NCBI GenBank assembly: GCA_965214915.1
Contig: CBDCCP010000003.1
Coordinates: forward strand, 283,081 to 347,080
Origin: Bryobacterales bacterium
GTDB lineage: Bacteria > Acidobacteriota > Terriglobia > Bryobacterales > UBA6623
Length of the DNA stretch: 64,000 bases
Direction: 5' to 3'
The notes under the pieces were generated by a model. It was not told where the DNA came from. It made no database searches and saw only the letters and a list, made by a program, of their open reading frames with translations. The translations under genes were made by a program, and so were the position numbers. Positions 55,010-64,000 of this stretch are shown here, in pieces. Every line of letters starts with the position of its first letter. Position 1 is the first letter of the stretch.

Positions 55010-56188
55010 TCACCGCGGACTGCTGGACAACGGTCCCGGTTGTTTCTTGAGGCAAAACACTTCGCCGCTGCGGGAACCGATTACAAGTCGATCCCCCGAG
55101 ATCGCGGGCGAGGCGACGACGCGGCCTCCGAGCGTAAATTTCCACAGCAGCTCGCCGTCGGCGTGGTTGAGAGCATAGAGATTGCCGTCCATCGAGCCGA
55201 CCCAGATCACGTCGCCGGCCAAGGCCGGCGAAGAATCGACGCGGGAGCGGGTGGTGAACTCCCAAGCGAGCTTGCCCGTTTGCTGGTCGATGGCATGCAC
55301 TTTCTTGTCGCGCCCGCCGATGACGACCAAGCCGTCTCTGACCACCGGCGAGGCGAAGAATTCGAACTGCGTTTTCGGGTGGCTGTAGCGCCAGAGAATT
55401 TCGCCATTTTTCCAGTCCATGGCGAGAACCTCGTTGCCGAAGGTGCCGACGTAGGCGAGATTGCCGACTACGGAAGGCGAGGCCGCGACGTAGTCCTGCA
55501 TATCGACGAAGGAGTCTTCTTCCCCGGAGGCGACATCGATGACTCGGAACTTGCCGTCGCAGCCTGTGATGAAGGTCTTTCCGGCAACGACCGCGGGGCT
55601 TGAATTGACGCGGTCGTCAGTCGCGTACTTCCACTTGACGCTGCCGTCCGCCGGGTCGAACGCATAGAGGTTGGCGTCGTAGGAGCCCACGAGCACCGCG
55701 TCGTCCAGGCATATGGGCGACGAGAGGAACTCCGCGAAGCCTTCGAACGCCCAGCGTTTCTCGCCCGTTTCGATGTCGACGGCGTGGAAGTAGCCGTCTT
55801 CGTCGCCGAAAAAGACCGCGCCGCCGGTAATGCAACCCGATGCGGGAACTCCCAGGTTTGCCTGGTAAACCCAACGGGCTTCGCCGGTCTCGAGATCCAC
55901 GGCGTGAAAACGGCCGTCCATCTCGCCGAAGTAAACGGCGCCGTCGACGATGATGGCGGTCGAATCGACCCCGCCGGGGGCTTCGTAGGTCCAGGCCGTC
56001 TCCAGCGGCGGGTCGAGCGGCGTGGAGGAGACGGCGTTGCGGTCGGGGTTGCCGAGAAAGAGAGGCCAGTCGGCGCCTGCGAGCAGCGATGAAAACAGGG
56101 CCGCGACGATTCCGAGTCGAAGCATTTTTTCTATTAAACCGCGCCGTTTGGGAGAGATGCCGCCGGCCCCGCGGACGAGATCGAGCAT
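55010..56188 (-). CDS. Secreted PQQ-like (BamB-type) beta-propeller repeat protein
   Basis: Lies in ORF 55010..56767(-). ATG 56188 overlaps the fabV stop (TGATG). An alternative start at ATG 56125 gives the classic signal MLRLGIVAALFSSLLAGA. Repeated units: G.VYFG..DG.FHAVD..TGE.RW. Confidence 0.8.
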   Translation of the reverse strand: MLDLVRGAGGISPKRRGLIEKMLRLGIVAALFSSLLAGADWPLFLGNPDRNAVSSTPLDPPLETAWTYEAPGGVDSTAIIVDGAVYFGEMDGRFHAVDLETGEARWVYQANLGVPASGCITGGAVFFGDEDGYFHAVDIETGEKRWAFEGFAEFLSSPICLDDAVLVGSYDANLYAFDPADGSVKWKYATDDRVNSSPAVVAGKTFITGCDGKFRVIDVASGEEDSFVDMQDYVAASPSVVGNLAYVGTFGNEVLAMDWKNGEILWRYSHPKTQFEFFASPVVRDGLVVIGGRDKKVHAIDQQTGKLAWEFTTRSRVDSSPALAGDVIWVGSMDGNLYALNHADGELLWKFTLGGRVVASPAISGDRLVIGSRSGEVFCLKKQPGPLSSSPR

Positions 56189-57384
56189 CACAGGAAAATC
56201 TCCGATTCCACGGGCTGCTCGTAATCGACGCCTTCGACCTGGAAACCGAACAAGCGGTTGAAATCGCGCATGAACCCGGCGAAGTCGGCAAGCTCGTCGA
56301 GGTTCTCGGTTGTCACCCGCGGCCAGAGCTCGGCAATTTCTCGCTGAACGTCTTCGCGCATCTCCCAGTCGTCCAGGCGGATCGTTCCGTCGCTGTCCAC
56401 GGCCGGCGCCGTCCCGAACGCAAGGCGCTCGAAAAACAACCGCTTCATCTGTTCGATGGGTCCCTCGTGAATGCCCTTTCTCTTCATCACGCGAAACAGA
56501 AGGCTGACGTACAGCGGGATCATCGGAATGGCCGCCGAAGCCTGCGTGACCACGGCTTTGTTGACGGAAACGTAAGCCGCTCCGCCTATTGTCCGGCGCA
56601 GCCGTTCGTTGAGCGCGCCCGCGGTTTCCTTGAGGTGGTCTTTCGCCGCGCCGACCGTGCCGTCGCGGTAGATCGGCCACGTATGTTTCGGGCCTATGTA
56701 CGAATAGGCGACCGTGCGCGCGCCGTCCGCGAGCAGACCCTCGTCCGCGAGCTTTTCGATCCACCATTGCCAGTCCTCGCCGCCCATCACCTGAACCGTC
56801 TGCGCAATCTCTTCTGCGGACGCCGGTTCGACGGTTGCCTCGGTGACCGCCGCCGCCGCCGGATCGATGGTTTTGCCGCTATAGGGTTCTCCGACCGACT
56901 TCAGTACGGAGGTGAACGTTTCGCCGCTGCGCGGGTTCGTGCGCTTGGGCGCAGCCAAGCTGTAAACCACCAGATCGACCGCACCCATTTCCGAGCGGAT
57001 GACCGCGGCGGCCCGCTCCTTGATCGCATCGGAAAAGGCATCGCCGTTGAGGCTTTCGGCCCACAGGCCGTCACGCTCGGCAGCCCGATGGAAGGCCGCG
57101 CTGTTGTAGTACCCCGCCGTTGCGGTGCGCTTGCCGAACGGTTCTTTCTCGAAAAAAATGCCCAGGGTCTTCGCCCCGAAGCCCCAGGCGGCCGCAATGC
57201 GGGAAGCCAGGCCGTACCCGGTGGAGCCGCCCACGACGAGCACGTTCTGCGGCCCGGCGGCCGCGGCGGGCCGATGCGCCTCGATGACGGCGATTTGATC
57301 TTCCACGTTCTTGGCGCAGCCGGCCGGGTGCGCATTGACGCAGATGAATCCGCGGGAGCGCTGCTTCACGATTTGTTCGGGCAT
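56188..57384 (-). CDS. fabV: Trans-2-enoyl-CoA/ACP reductase (FabV family)
   Basis: Internal ATG 57384 of ORF 56188..57402(-). Contains RGFICVNAHPAGC, VLVVGGSTGYGLASRI, YSLAAP.R, and VAYSYIGP..T.PIY..GT.G.AK. Confidence 0.88.
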   Translation of the reverse strand: MPEQIVKQRSRGFICVNAHPAGCAKNVEDQIAVIEAHRPAAAAGPQNVLVVGGSTGYGLASRIAAAWGFGAKTLGIFFEKEPFGKRTATAGYYNSAAFHRAAERDGLWAESLNGDAFSDAIKERAAAVIRSEMGAVDLVVYSLAAPKRTNPRSGETFTSVLKSVGEPYSGKTIDPAAAAVTEATVEPASAEEIAQTVQVMGGEDWQWWIEKLADEGLLADGARTVAYSYIGPKHTWPIYRDGTVGAAKDHLKETAGALNERLRRTIGGAAYVSVNKAVVTQASAAIPMIPLYVSLLFRVMKRKGIHEGPIEQMKRLFFERLAFGTAPAVDSDGTIRLDDWEMREDVQREIAELWPRVTTENLDELADFAGFMRDFNRLFGFQVEGVDYEQPVESEIFL

Positions 57385-57432
57385 GAAGTCCCAGAGTATC
57401 AACCATCCCGCCGGTGCGCCCGACAGTCCGCG

Positions 57433-57470
57433 GCGGGTTCCTGCGGTGTTTTACCGGCCCGCGCAAGCGG
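57433..57470. repeat. Inverted repeat, right arm
   Basis: gcgggTtcctgcggtgttttaccggcccgcgcaagcgg, lying 49-86 nt upstream of the fabV start. The shadow ORFs 54957..55178(+) and 57071..57466(-) both begin MRGPVKHRR. Confidence 0.85.
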
Positions 57471-57616
57471 CGCCGTCCGCGTAACTTCCGCCGCGGGCTG
57501 CTGTGTTATCTTTGGGAGGAAAGGCGCCGCGCTTGCCCGCGCCGCTCCTTCCATATTCAACACAAAGAGCTTCTCTCGACTCCGCCCGTGTTTCCGAGGA
57601 AGTCCCGGTAAAATCC

Positions 57617-58126
57617 ATGCTTCGAAGTTTCGGCGGCCACAGTCCGCTTGTCGCGGCCGGCGCCTATATCGATCCGAGCGCGGAGCTCATCGGACAGGTG
57701 AGCGTCGGCGCGCGTTCCAACATCTGGTGCAATGTGACCGTGCGGGCCGACACCGCCGCCATCGCCATCGGCGAGGACAGCAGCGTGCAAGACAATAGCT
57801 GCCTGCACGAAGATGCCGACGCGCCGCTCGCCATCGGCGACCGCGTAGTCGTCGGGCATTCCTGCACCGTACACGGCTGCGTCGTCGAAGACGAGTCCCT
57901 GATCGGCATGGGCTCGACGATTCTCAGCAAGGCCCGCATCGGCGCCGGGTCGATCGTCGCCGCGGGCGCGGTCGTCCTGGAGGGGCAGCAGATTCCGCCG
58001 CGCAGCCTGGTCGCGGGCGTTCCCGCCAAGGTGAAGCGCGCCGTCAGCGAAGACGAGGTAACGCGCACCCGCCTCAACGCCGAGCACTACGTCGAGCTGA
58101 GCCGCCGGTATCTCGAAGAATCTTAG
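57617..58126 (+). CDS. Gamma-carbonic-anhydrase-like hexapeptide-repeat protein (YrdA/PaaY type)
   Basis: Internal ATG 57617 of ORF 57503..58126. Contains the [24 protein letters not shown]...I.IGE.S.VQDN..LH pattern. Confidence 0.85.
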   Translation: MLRSFGGHSPLVAAGAYIDPSAELIGQVSVGARSNIWCNVTVRADTAAIAIGEDSSVQDNSCLHEDADAPLAIGDRVVVGHSCTVHGCVVEDESLIGMGSTILSKARIGAGSIVAAGAVVLEGQQIPPRSLVAGVPAKVKRAVSEDEVTRTRLNAEHYVELSRRYLEES

Positions 58127-58130
58127 CCGC

Positions 58131-59939
58131 ATGACCGAGCAAGCGCACCGGCCCGTTTCCCTCGACCCGCTGGGAAACTTGACCAGAACCCATTACTGCG
58201 GGGGGATCCGCGAAAGCGATGTCGGCCGCCGCGCGGTGCTGATGGGCTGGGTCCATCGCCGCCGCGACCTCGGCGGGCTGTACTTCATTCACCTGCGCGA
58301 CCGCAGCGGCGTCTCCCAGGTCGTGTTCAATGCGGAGGTTAATGCCGAAGCTCACGCGAAAGCGGAAACGCTGCGCAACGAATTCGTGATCGCGGTCGAA
58401 GGCCCGATCGTCAAGCGCGGCGCCGATACGATCAACCCCAATCTCGAAACGGGAACCGTGGAGCTGCAGGCCGCGAAGCTCTACATCCTCAACCAATCCG
58501 AAACCCCGCCGTTTCAGTTGGACGAGGAAGAGCAGGCTTCCGTAGGCGAGGACAACCGCCTCAAGTACCGCTACATCGACCTGCGGCGCCCGTGGATGCA
58601 GCGCAACATGCGCCTGCGGCACGACGTCAACTTGGCGATTCGCCAGTCGTTCCACGCGCAGGGATTCCTCGAAATCGAAACCCCGTTCATGACGCGTTCG
58701 ACCCCCGAAGGCGCGCGCGATTTTCTGGTGCCCAGCCGCATTCATCCGGGCGCCTTCTACGCTCTGCCGCAGTCGCCCCAGATTTTCAAGCAATTGCTCA
58801 TGATCGGCGGCTACGACCGCTACTTCCAGATCGTGCGCTGTTTCCGCGACGAGGATTTACGCGCCGACCGCCAGCCCGAATTCACGCAGATCGACGTCGA
58901 GATGTCGTTCGTGCGGGAAGACGGCGTGCTCGGGGTCGTCGAAAATCTGATGGCCGCGGTTTGCGCGGCGGCGGGCGCGGCGGCCCCCGAGCTTCCTTTG
59001 CTCCGCATGTCTTACAACGAAGCCGTCGAGAAGTATGGCAGCGACAAGCCCGACCTGCGTTTGCCGCCCATGGCCCGCGTGGACGACATTATCGGCCCCG
59101 CAGATCTGCCGCTCGAAGGCCCGCTTGCCGCCATACGCACGCCGTCCGTCGGCCGGCTCACGCGGCGCGAGCGGGAACAGTTTCGCGAGTACGCCGCGGA
59201 GCAGGGCCTGCGCATCTTCGACGACGCCAAGGGCCTTGCCGGGAAAATGCCCGCGCAGATGGCCGCGGTCAGAAACCGGCTCGGCGCCGAGGACGGCGAT
59301 TTCCTGGTTCTTTGCACGGCCCGCGAAAAAATCGTCGCGCCGCGCCCCGAGCACGCCGTATTTACGGCCGCCGGAAACCTGCGGCTGCAGATCGCCCGAA
59401 CCTTCGCCGACCGGCACGGACTGTTCGATAAGCAGGATCTGCGGTTCCTGTGGGTCATGGATTTTCCGATGTTCGAGTGGAGCGAAGACGAGCGCCGCTG
59501 GAACTCCTCTCACCATCCTTTTACCTCGCCTCACCAAGACGACATCGAAAAGCTTGCGGCGGACCCGGCTGCCTGCCGCTCGCGAGCCTACGATCTGGTG
59601 CTGAACGGCGTCGAGCTCGGCTCGGGGTCGATTCGTATCCATAGCCGGGACGTGCAAGCCAAAGTCTTCGAGGCTCTCGGATTCACCGCGGAAGAAGCGC
59701 GGCGCCGGTTCGGATTCCTCCTGGACGCGCTCGAATACGGCGCCCCGCCGCACGGCGGCATCGCCCTCGGACTCGACCGCCTGATTATGCTGTTGGCGGG
59801 CGCGGCGACCATACGCGACGTCATCGCTTTCCCCAAGACGGCCAAGGGAACGGACCTGATGTGCGAGGCGCCGAACGTCGTGCCGCCGCGCAATCTGGCT
59901 GAGTTGGGAATCGCTCTGAAGACGATGCCCCGCGGCTGA
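58131..59939 (+). CDS. aspS: Aspartate--tRNA ligase
   Basis: 602-aa ORF. Contains [56 protein letters not shown]. Confidence 0.95.
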   Translation: MTEQAHRPVSLDPLGNLTRTHYCGGIRESDVGRRAVLMGWVHRRRDLGGLYFIHLRDRSGVSQVVFNAEVNAEAHAKAETLRNEFVIAVEGPIVKRGADTINPNLETGTVELQAAKLYILNQSETPPFQLDEEEQASVGEDNRLKYRYIDLRRPWMQRNMRLRHDVNLAIRQSFHAQGFLEIETPFMTRSTPEGARDFLVPSRIHPGAFYALPQSPQIFKQLLMIGGYDRYFQIVRCFRDEDLRADRQPEFTQIDVEMSFVREDGVLGVVENLMAAVCAAAGAAAPELPLLRMSYNEAVEKYGSDKPDLRLPPMARVDDIIGPADLPLEGPLAAIRTPSVGRLTRREREQFREYAAEQGLRIFDDAKGLAGKMPAQMAAVRNRLGAEDGDFLVLCTAREKIVAPRPEHAVFTAAGNLRLQIARTFADRHGLFDKQDLRFLWVMDFPMFEWSEDERRWNSSHHPFTSPHQDDIEKLAADPAACRSRAYDLVLNGVELGSGSIRIHSRDVQAKVFEALGFTAEEARRRFGFLLDALEYGAPPHGGIALGLDRLIMLLAGAATIRDVIAFPKTAKGTDLMCEAPNVVPPRNLAELGIALKTMPRG

Positions 59940-59980
59940 CGGCAAGCCTCGAGACCGCGCTTGGGGACAATACAAGCCCA

Positions 59981-61747
59981 ATGCAACTGAGCGCTCTCGA
60001 CTGGTGGATTCTCGGCGCCTTCTTGGCGCTGTCGCTGGGAATCGGCTTGTACGCGGCCCGCTCGGCCGGAAACGATTTCTCCTCGTTTTTTCTCGCCGGG
60101 CGGCGGCAGCCCTGGTGGCTGCTCGGAATTTCGATGGTCGCGACGACTTTCTCGACCGATACGCCCAACCTGGTCGCCGATATCGTGCGCAGCAACGGCG
60201 TCTTCGGCAACTGGACGTGGTGGGCGTTCCTGCTGAGCGGAATGCTCACGGTTTTCCTCTACGCGAAGCTCTGGCGGCGCTCCGGCGTTTCGACCGACAT
60301 CGAGTTTTACGAGCTGCGTTATTCGGGAAAGACCGCGTCCTTCTTGCGCGGTTTTCGAGCGGTTTATCTCGGCTTGCTCTACAACGTGCTGATAATGGCC
60401 GCGGTATCGCTGGCCGCGGTCAAGATCGGCTCGATCATGTTCGGCTGGTCGCCCCTGGAAACACTCGCCATCGCCGCGGGCGCGGCCCTGATCTACAGCG
60501 CTTTGGGCGGTCTCTCCGGCGTGCTGCTGACCGACATGATCCAATTCGCGATGGCCATGATCGGCTCGGTCTGGGCCGCCGTTTACATCGTCGGCATGCC
60601 CGAGGTCGGGGGGCTGAGCGGGTTGCTGGAGCATCCCGGAGTCCGCGGGCGGCTTGCCTTTTGGCCGGAGTTCGGGGAACTGACCTGGGAAGACGCTCTG
60701 CCCGTGTTCGTCATCCCGCTGCTGGTGCAGTGGTGGGCGGCGTACTATCCGGGCTCCGAGCCGGGGGGCGGCGGGTACGTCGTGCAGCGCATGCTTTCGG
60801 CGAAGGACGAAAACAACGCCGTCGGCGCGACCCTGCTGTTCAACCTGCTGCATTTTGCGCTGCGGCCCTGGCCTTGGATTCTGATTGCCCTGGCGTCGTT
60901 GGCGGTCTTCCCCGAAGTTGCCGACATTCAACGCAAGTTCCCTCATGTCGAGGCGCAAATCGTGCGCAACGACCTTGCCTATCCGGCGATGCTGACCTTT
61001 CTGCCCGCGGGCCTGCTGGGTCTGGTGGTGACCTCGCTGGCGGCGGCTTACATGTCCACGATGTCGACGATGGTCAACTGGGGGGCTTCGATTCTCGTTC
61101 ACGACGTGTACCGGCGGTTCATCGACCGCTCGGCGTCCGAAGCGCGGCTCGTCTGGGTCGGGCGCATGGCCACGGCCGCGTTGATGATTTGCGCCTGCGC
61201 TCTGGCCTTGACTCTGGAGAACGCTCTGCAGGTGTTCCAGATTCTGCTGCAAATCGGCGCCGGCACGGGACTGCTGTATCTGCTGCGCTGGTTCTGGTGG
61301 CGGATCAACGCCGCAGCCGAATTGGCCGCCATGATCTCTTCGTTCGGCGTTGCGCTGGCGATGCAATTCGTCGTGGGCGGCGCCTTGTCGGGTTGGCTGA
61401 AGCTGCTGATCGGAGTCGCCCTGACCTCGGCGTTCTGGATCGGGACCGCTTTCTTGACCAAGCCGACCGATGAGCGGGCGCTGCTTGCGTTCTATCGGCA
61501 GATCCGGCCCGGCGGCCCGGGATGGAAACCGATTGCTGCGCTTGCGGGCGGCGACGGCGGGGGGAACGCCGCGCTGACCGCGCCGCTGCTGGCGTCGGCG
61601 TTGGGCGCGGCAGCGGTTTACAGTTTTCTGTTTGCCGCCGGGTTCGCGCTGTACGGCGATTCCGTTCCCGCGGCGGCGGCGGCGCTCGCCGGCGTTTGCT
61701 CGGGCTGGGGCGTGGCGCGGCTGTGGCGGCGCGTCGCCGCTTCGTGA
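59981..61747 (+). CDS. Sodium:solute symporter (SSS) family transporter
   Basis: 588-aa ORF that is hydrophobic throughout. The N-terminus LDWWILGAFLALSLGIGLYAARSAGNDFSSFFLAGRRQPWW is typical of SSS members. Confidence 0.8.
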   Translation: MQLSALDWWILGAFLALSLGIGLYAARSAGNDFSSFFLAGRRQPWWLLGISMVATTFSTDTPNLVADIVRSNGVFGNWTWWAFLLSGMLTVFLYAKLWRRSGVSTDIEFYELRYSGKTASFLRGFRAVYLGLLYNVLIMAAVSLAAVKIGSIMFGWSPLETLAIAAGAALIYSALGGLSGVLLTDMIQFAMAMIGSVWAAVYIVGMPEVGGLSGLLEHPGVRGRLAFWPEFGELTWEDALPVFVIPLLVQWWAAYYPGSEPGGGGYVVQRMLSAKDENNAVGATLLFNLLHFALRPWPWILIALASLAVFPEVADIQRKFPHVEAQIVRNDLAYPAMLTFLPAGLLGLVVTSLAAAYMSTMSTMVNWGASILVHDVYRRFIDRSASEARLVWVGRMATAALMICACALALTLENALQVFQILLQIGAGTGLLYLLRWFWWRINAAAELAAMISSFGVALAMQFVVGGALSGWLKLLIGVALTSAFWIGTAFLTKPTDERALLAFYRQIRPGGPGWKPIAALAGGDGGGNAALTAPLLASALGAAAVYSFLFAAGFALYGDSVPAAAAALAGVCSGWGVARLWRRVAAS

Positions 61748-61848
61748 CGGAGCCGCGGCGGTCGCAAACCCAATGACCAACCGTCTCAACTCAACTGTCC
61801 GCCTCCCCTGTCTTACTTTCCACCGGCCGCGCGGCGGACCGGCCCGCG

Positions 61849-63687
61849 CTAGCGGTTCCAGGGGAAGGCCAGCGTCGGGCGGTTGGCGTAGCGTTTCATT
61901 TTCAACGTCAGTTTCTTGCCCGCGCCGGGCGCCAGGCGCACCGTCAAGGCGCTGCTGTTCGCCTCCGTAAACAGGTGTTCGGCGTAGGCCCCGGCCTGAA
62001 TGACGAGGTTGCGCGGCTCGACCTGGTTCAGGTTGACCAAGGTGACGGTCACCGCGTCGTCCTGCAATGCGTGAACCAGCGCGGCCACGTCTTGCGGCAG
62101 ACCGGCGCGGCGGCGCTCCGGGTCGAAGTAGCGCACGCGGCTGTGCAGCACCCAGATGCGCCCTCTGGGAAAATAGCCGCCGACGGTGAGTTGCGTCAGC
62201 GTGTCGGTCGCCGGCGGAACGACGCGCAAGAGGTAATCGGCCAAGCGCGTGTCGGCCGACGTCGGATCGTTGCGCATGAACTCCACGCGCTCGCGGATGT
62301 GCTCGAAGTCCGCCTTCATGGCCTCGATGGGGTATGCGGGGTTCTTGCCTTCCAGAAAAGCCAGCCAGGGCTCGTCTTCGAGCGGGACGCGGGCCAGGTC
62401 TTCACGGTTCATCGACCAGAGGTAGATTTCCGCCAGCCGGTCGGAGTAGGTGATCGGTTCGTATTGGTAGAACTCGGGCTCGCCATTGTATTTGTAGCCG
62501 CGCGGGTCGCCGTACATCCGCGGCAGCAGCGTTTTGCCGTTCTCGACCTTCTTGGCGGCCAGCACCAGATCCATTTGCTTGCGCAAGACGTCGATATAGG
62601 ACTGATCGCCGGTCAGCAGCAAGCCGTTCGCAAAGCCTTGAAAACTTGCGCTGGTGAAGTAGTTGCGGTGCGCGATCTGCTGCAGCTCGCCGTCGAAAAT
62701 CGTGAAATTCCAGCCGTAGGTGCCCTTCCACCATTGCCCGCCGTGCGCGCCGCCGAGCTTGCCGTCGAGTCCGATGTTGGAGGGGATCATGCCGCCGGTT
62801 GCCGCGGCGCGTTCCTTCCAGGCGTCCAGGTACTCGACGGTCCAATCGTGGTATTTCCGCTCGCCGGTAAGCGCGTAGGCATTCACGCTCAGCAGCGTCG
62901 CCGCCAGATTGAGAAAGTTATCGCCGACCGAGTCGAGATACTCCTCGCAGTGCGCCAACATGCGCGGGTACCACTCTTCGAGGTCGAGCAGCTTCTCCAT
63001 GCGCGCCGGGTTGTGCAGCAGGTGGAATTTCCCCGGCACGGGGTCGCCGACCCAGTCGTACACCGTGGCGCGGCGCAGCATCGGCCCCAGCGAGCCGTTC
63101 CAGATACTCTTGATGATCTTTTTTTCCGGGTCGTAATTCTGAATCTCGGGGTCTTCGCCGTTGTACATCGCCATGAATTTCTTCATGCGGCCGACGAGCA
63201 GCGGGTTCTCCGGCTCCGAGTGCCCCCACAGGAAGAACGCGCGCATGCCTTCTGCGGTGTGGAACCAGTCGGACTGCGTGATGAACTCCTTGTGGTAAGC
63301 GCCGTTCTTGGCCAGCGGGGTCAGTTCCGTGCGCAGCTCGCCGTACTGCCGCAGATGCCCCTCAAGACCCTTCTTGTAAAGCTCCAGAACGGAGTCGGAG
63401 CCGCCGAGCGCGTGCAGCAGCGTCCAGTTGTAGAAGGTCTCGATAGCGTCGTCGGGACCGTCGAGCGTCCCCCAGCGGGGCGTGTGCAGCAGATATCCGC
63501 GCTCGTCGAGATATTTTGCGGCGAAAGCTTCGACCGCCTCGGAGTTCGCCCGCAGCAGCGCGCGTTCCATGAGCGCCCACTCCGGGGGCGCCATCGGAGT
63601 GTCGATGGCGATGACGGCGCTTTGCCCCGCCGCCTGCGGAGCAAGCCATAAGAAACAGAGAAGCGTGGCAAGACGGCAGCGGTTCAT
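61849..63687 (-). CDS. Secreted hypothetical protein (~612 aa; possibly a glycan-active alpha/alpha-barrel enzyme, family not recognised)
   Basis: Internal ATG 63687 of ORF 61849..63807(-). Signal MNRCRLATLLCFLWLAPQAAGQ. The remainder is long, Trp/Tyr-rich and protein-like. I see no motif I can name. Confidence 0.6.
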   Translation of the reverse strand: MNRCRLATLLCFLWLAPQAAGQSAVIAIDTPMAPPEWALMERALLRANSEAVEAFAAKYLDERGYLLHTPRWGTLDGPDDAIETFYNWTLLHALGGSDSVLELYKKGLEGHLRQYGELRTELTPLAKNGAYHKEFITQSDWFHTAEGMRAFFLWGHSEPENPLLVGRMKKFMAMYNGEDPEIQNYDPEKKIIKSIWNGSLGPMLRRATVYDWVGDPVPGKFHLLHNPARMEKLLDLEEWYPRMLAHCEEYLDSVGDNFLNLAATLLSVNAYALTGERKYHDWTVEYLDAWKERAAATGGMIPSNIGLDGKLGGAHGGQWWKGTYGWNFTIFDGELQQIAHRNYFTSASFQGFANGLLLTGDQSYIDVLRKQMDLVLAAKKVENGKTLLPRMYGDPRGYKYNGEPEFYQYEPITYSDRLAEIYLWSMNREDLARVPLEDEPWLAFLEGKNPAYPIEAMKADFEHIRERVEFMRNDPTSADTRLADYLLRVVPPATDTLTQLTVGGYFPRGRIWVLHSRVRYFDPERRRAGLPQDVAALVHALQDDAVTVTLVNLNQVEPRNLVIQAGAYAEHLFTEANSSALTVRLAPGAGKKLTLKMKRYANRPTLAFPWNR

Positions 63688-63718
63688 GACGGTATCGAGA
63701 CCTCTTGGCTCGACCCAA

Positions 63719-64000
63719 TCATGGCACGGCTCCGCCCCGAAGACAAGTCTCAGTCGCGTCCAATGAGTTGAGGGAGGGGCGGATTCCAAGCGGAGATGGG
63801 TATCCATGTGTCATGAACATCGACCGGGGCGCCGGCGAACGGAGACGGTTCTGTTGCACAAGAGCGTTGGCCAAGACGACAAGCTCTTGCATCGGGGCGG
63901 TGATGGCGGCCTTCCGCGGTTTGCCCATTTGGCGAAGCCGGTGGTGTTTTTCCCGAGATCCGAGTTACAACGGATGGTCGTCAGGGCGGGCATGTAGAAC
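63719..64000 (-). mobile_element. 3' end of an IS110-family transposase gene (partial, apparently frameshifted)
   Basis: Minus-strand frame b reads FYMPALTTIRCNSDLGK.... Frame a then reads EKHHRLRQMGKPRKAAITAPMQELVVLANALVQQNR. Together they match the IS110 C-terminal pattern LYMAAL.A.R.NP.L..FY.RL...GKP.KVAL.A.MRKLL..LNA.L. The frame switch sits at GGGAAAAAC (about 63946-63954). The rest of the gene lies beyond the window. Confidence 0.5.

Noticed and set aside
54546-55265. 239-aa minus-strand ORF with a GGAGGATG motif at an internal Met
   Set aside because: It is Arg-rich with no motifs. The SD-like sequence has essentially no spacer to the ATG. It overlaps the end of the propeller gene and the small plus-strand ORF.

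Overview
High-GC bacterial chromosomal segment. I infer an Acidobacteriota-type (Solibacter/Bryobacter-like) genome from gene content: a TonB-dependent receptor with a carboxypeptidase-regulatory-like N-terminus, a DUF1552/DUF1592-type pair, a CRTAC1/ASPIC-UnbV protein, Tat-signal sulfatases and Gfo/Idh/MocA enzymes, and a Solibacter-type C-terminal domain. I could not run any search to confirm this. I call about 45 protein-coding genes. Housekeeping genes: folP-folB-folK; the 2-oxoglutarate dehydrogenase operon sucA-sucB-lpdA; kdsA; class I fructose-bisphosphate aldolase; fabV; aspS; an acyl-CoA desaturase. Accessory genes: three Cys-type sulfatases; a tetR-OMF-MFP-RND efflux operon whose RND gene is frameshifted; a TBDR-TPR operon; a sodium:solute symporter. 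One uninterrupted 11.9-kb ORF (22945..34848, minus) dominates the window. It encodes a 3,967-aa NHL-repeat / Ig-like-repeat protein with a ~1.5-kb near-identical internal duplication and arrays of near-identical 234-246-bp coding modules. Other points worth a second look: (1) a more A/T-rich three-ORF insert at 4729-6065, flanked by a duplicated sulfatase 5' end and a 22-bp copy of the RND gene's 3' end; (2) a paralogous ~120-aa gene present twice; (3) a G10 homopolymer that splits a small Tat-signal ORF; (4) two decayed toxin-antitoxin loci, a higB remnant fused to higA and a hicA with an in-frame TGA beside an intact hicB; (5) 38-bp inverted repeats bracketing the fabV/PQQ-propeller gene pair; (6) several short direct repeats spaced 72-73 bp apart; (7) a frameshifted IS110-like transposase fragment at the right edge. 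I found no rRNA, tRNA or CRISPR. I see no clearly recognisable new multi-gene system. The giant repeat gene and the small insert at 4.7-6.1 kb are the best candidates for something undescribed. All calls rest on reading the sequence and ORF translations by eye.
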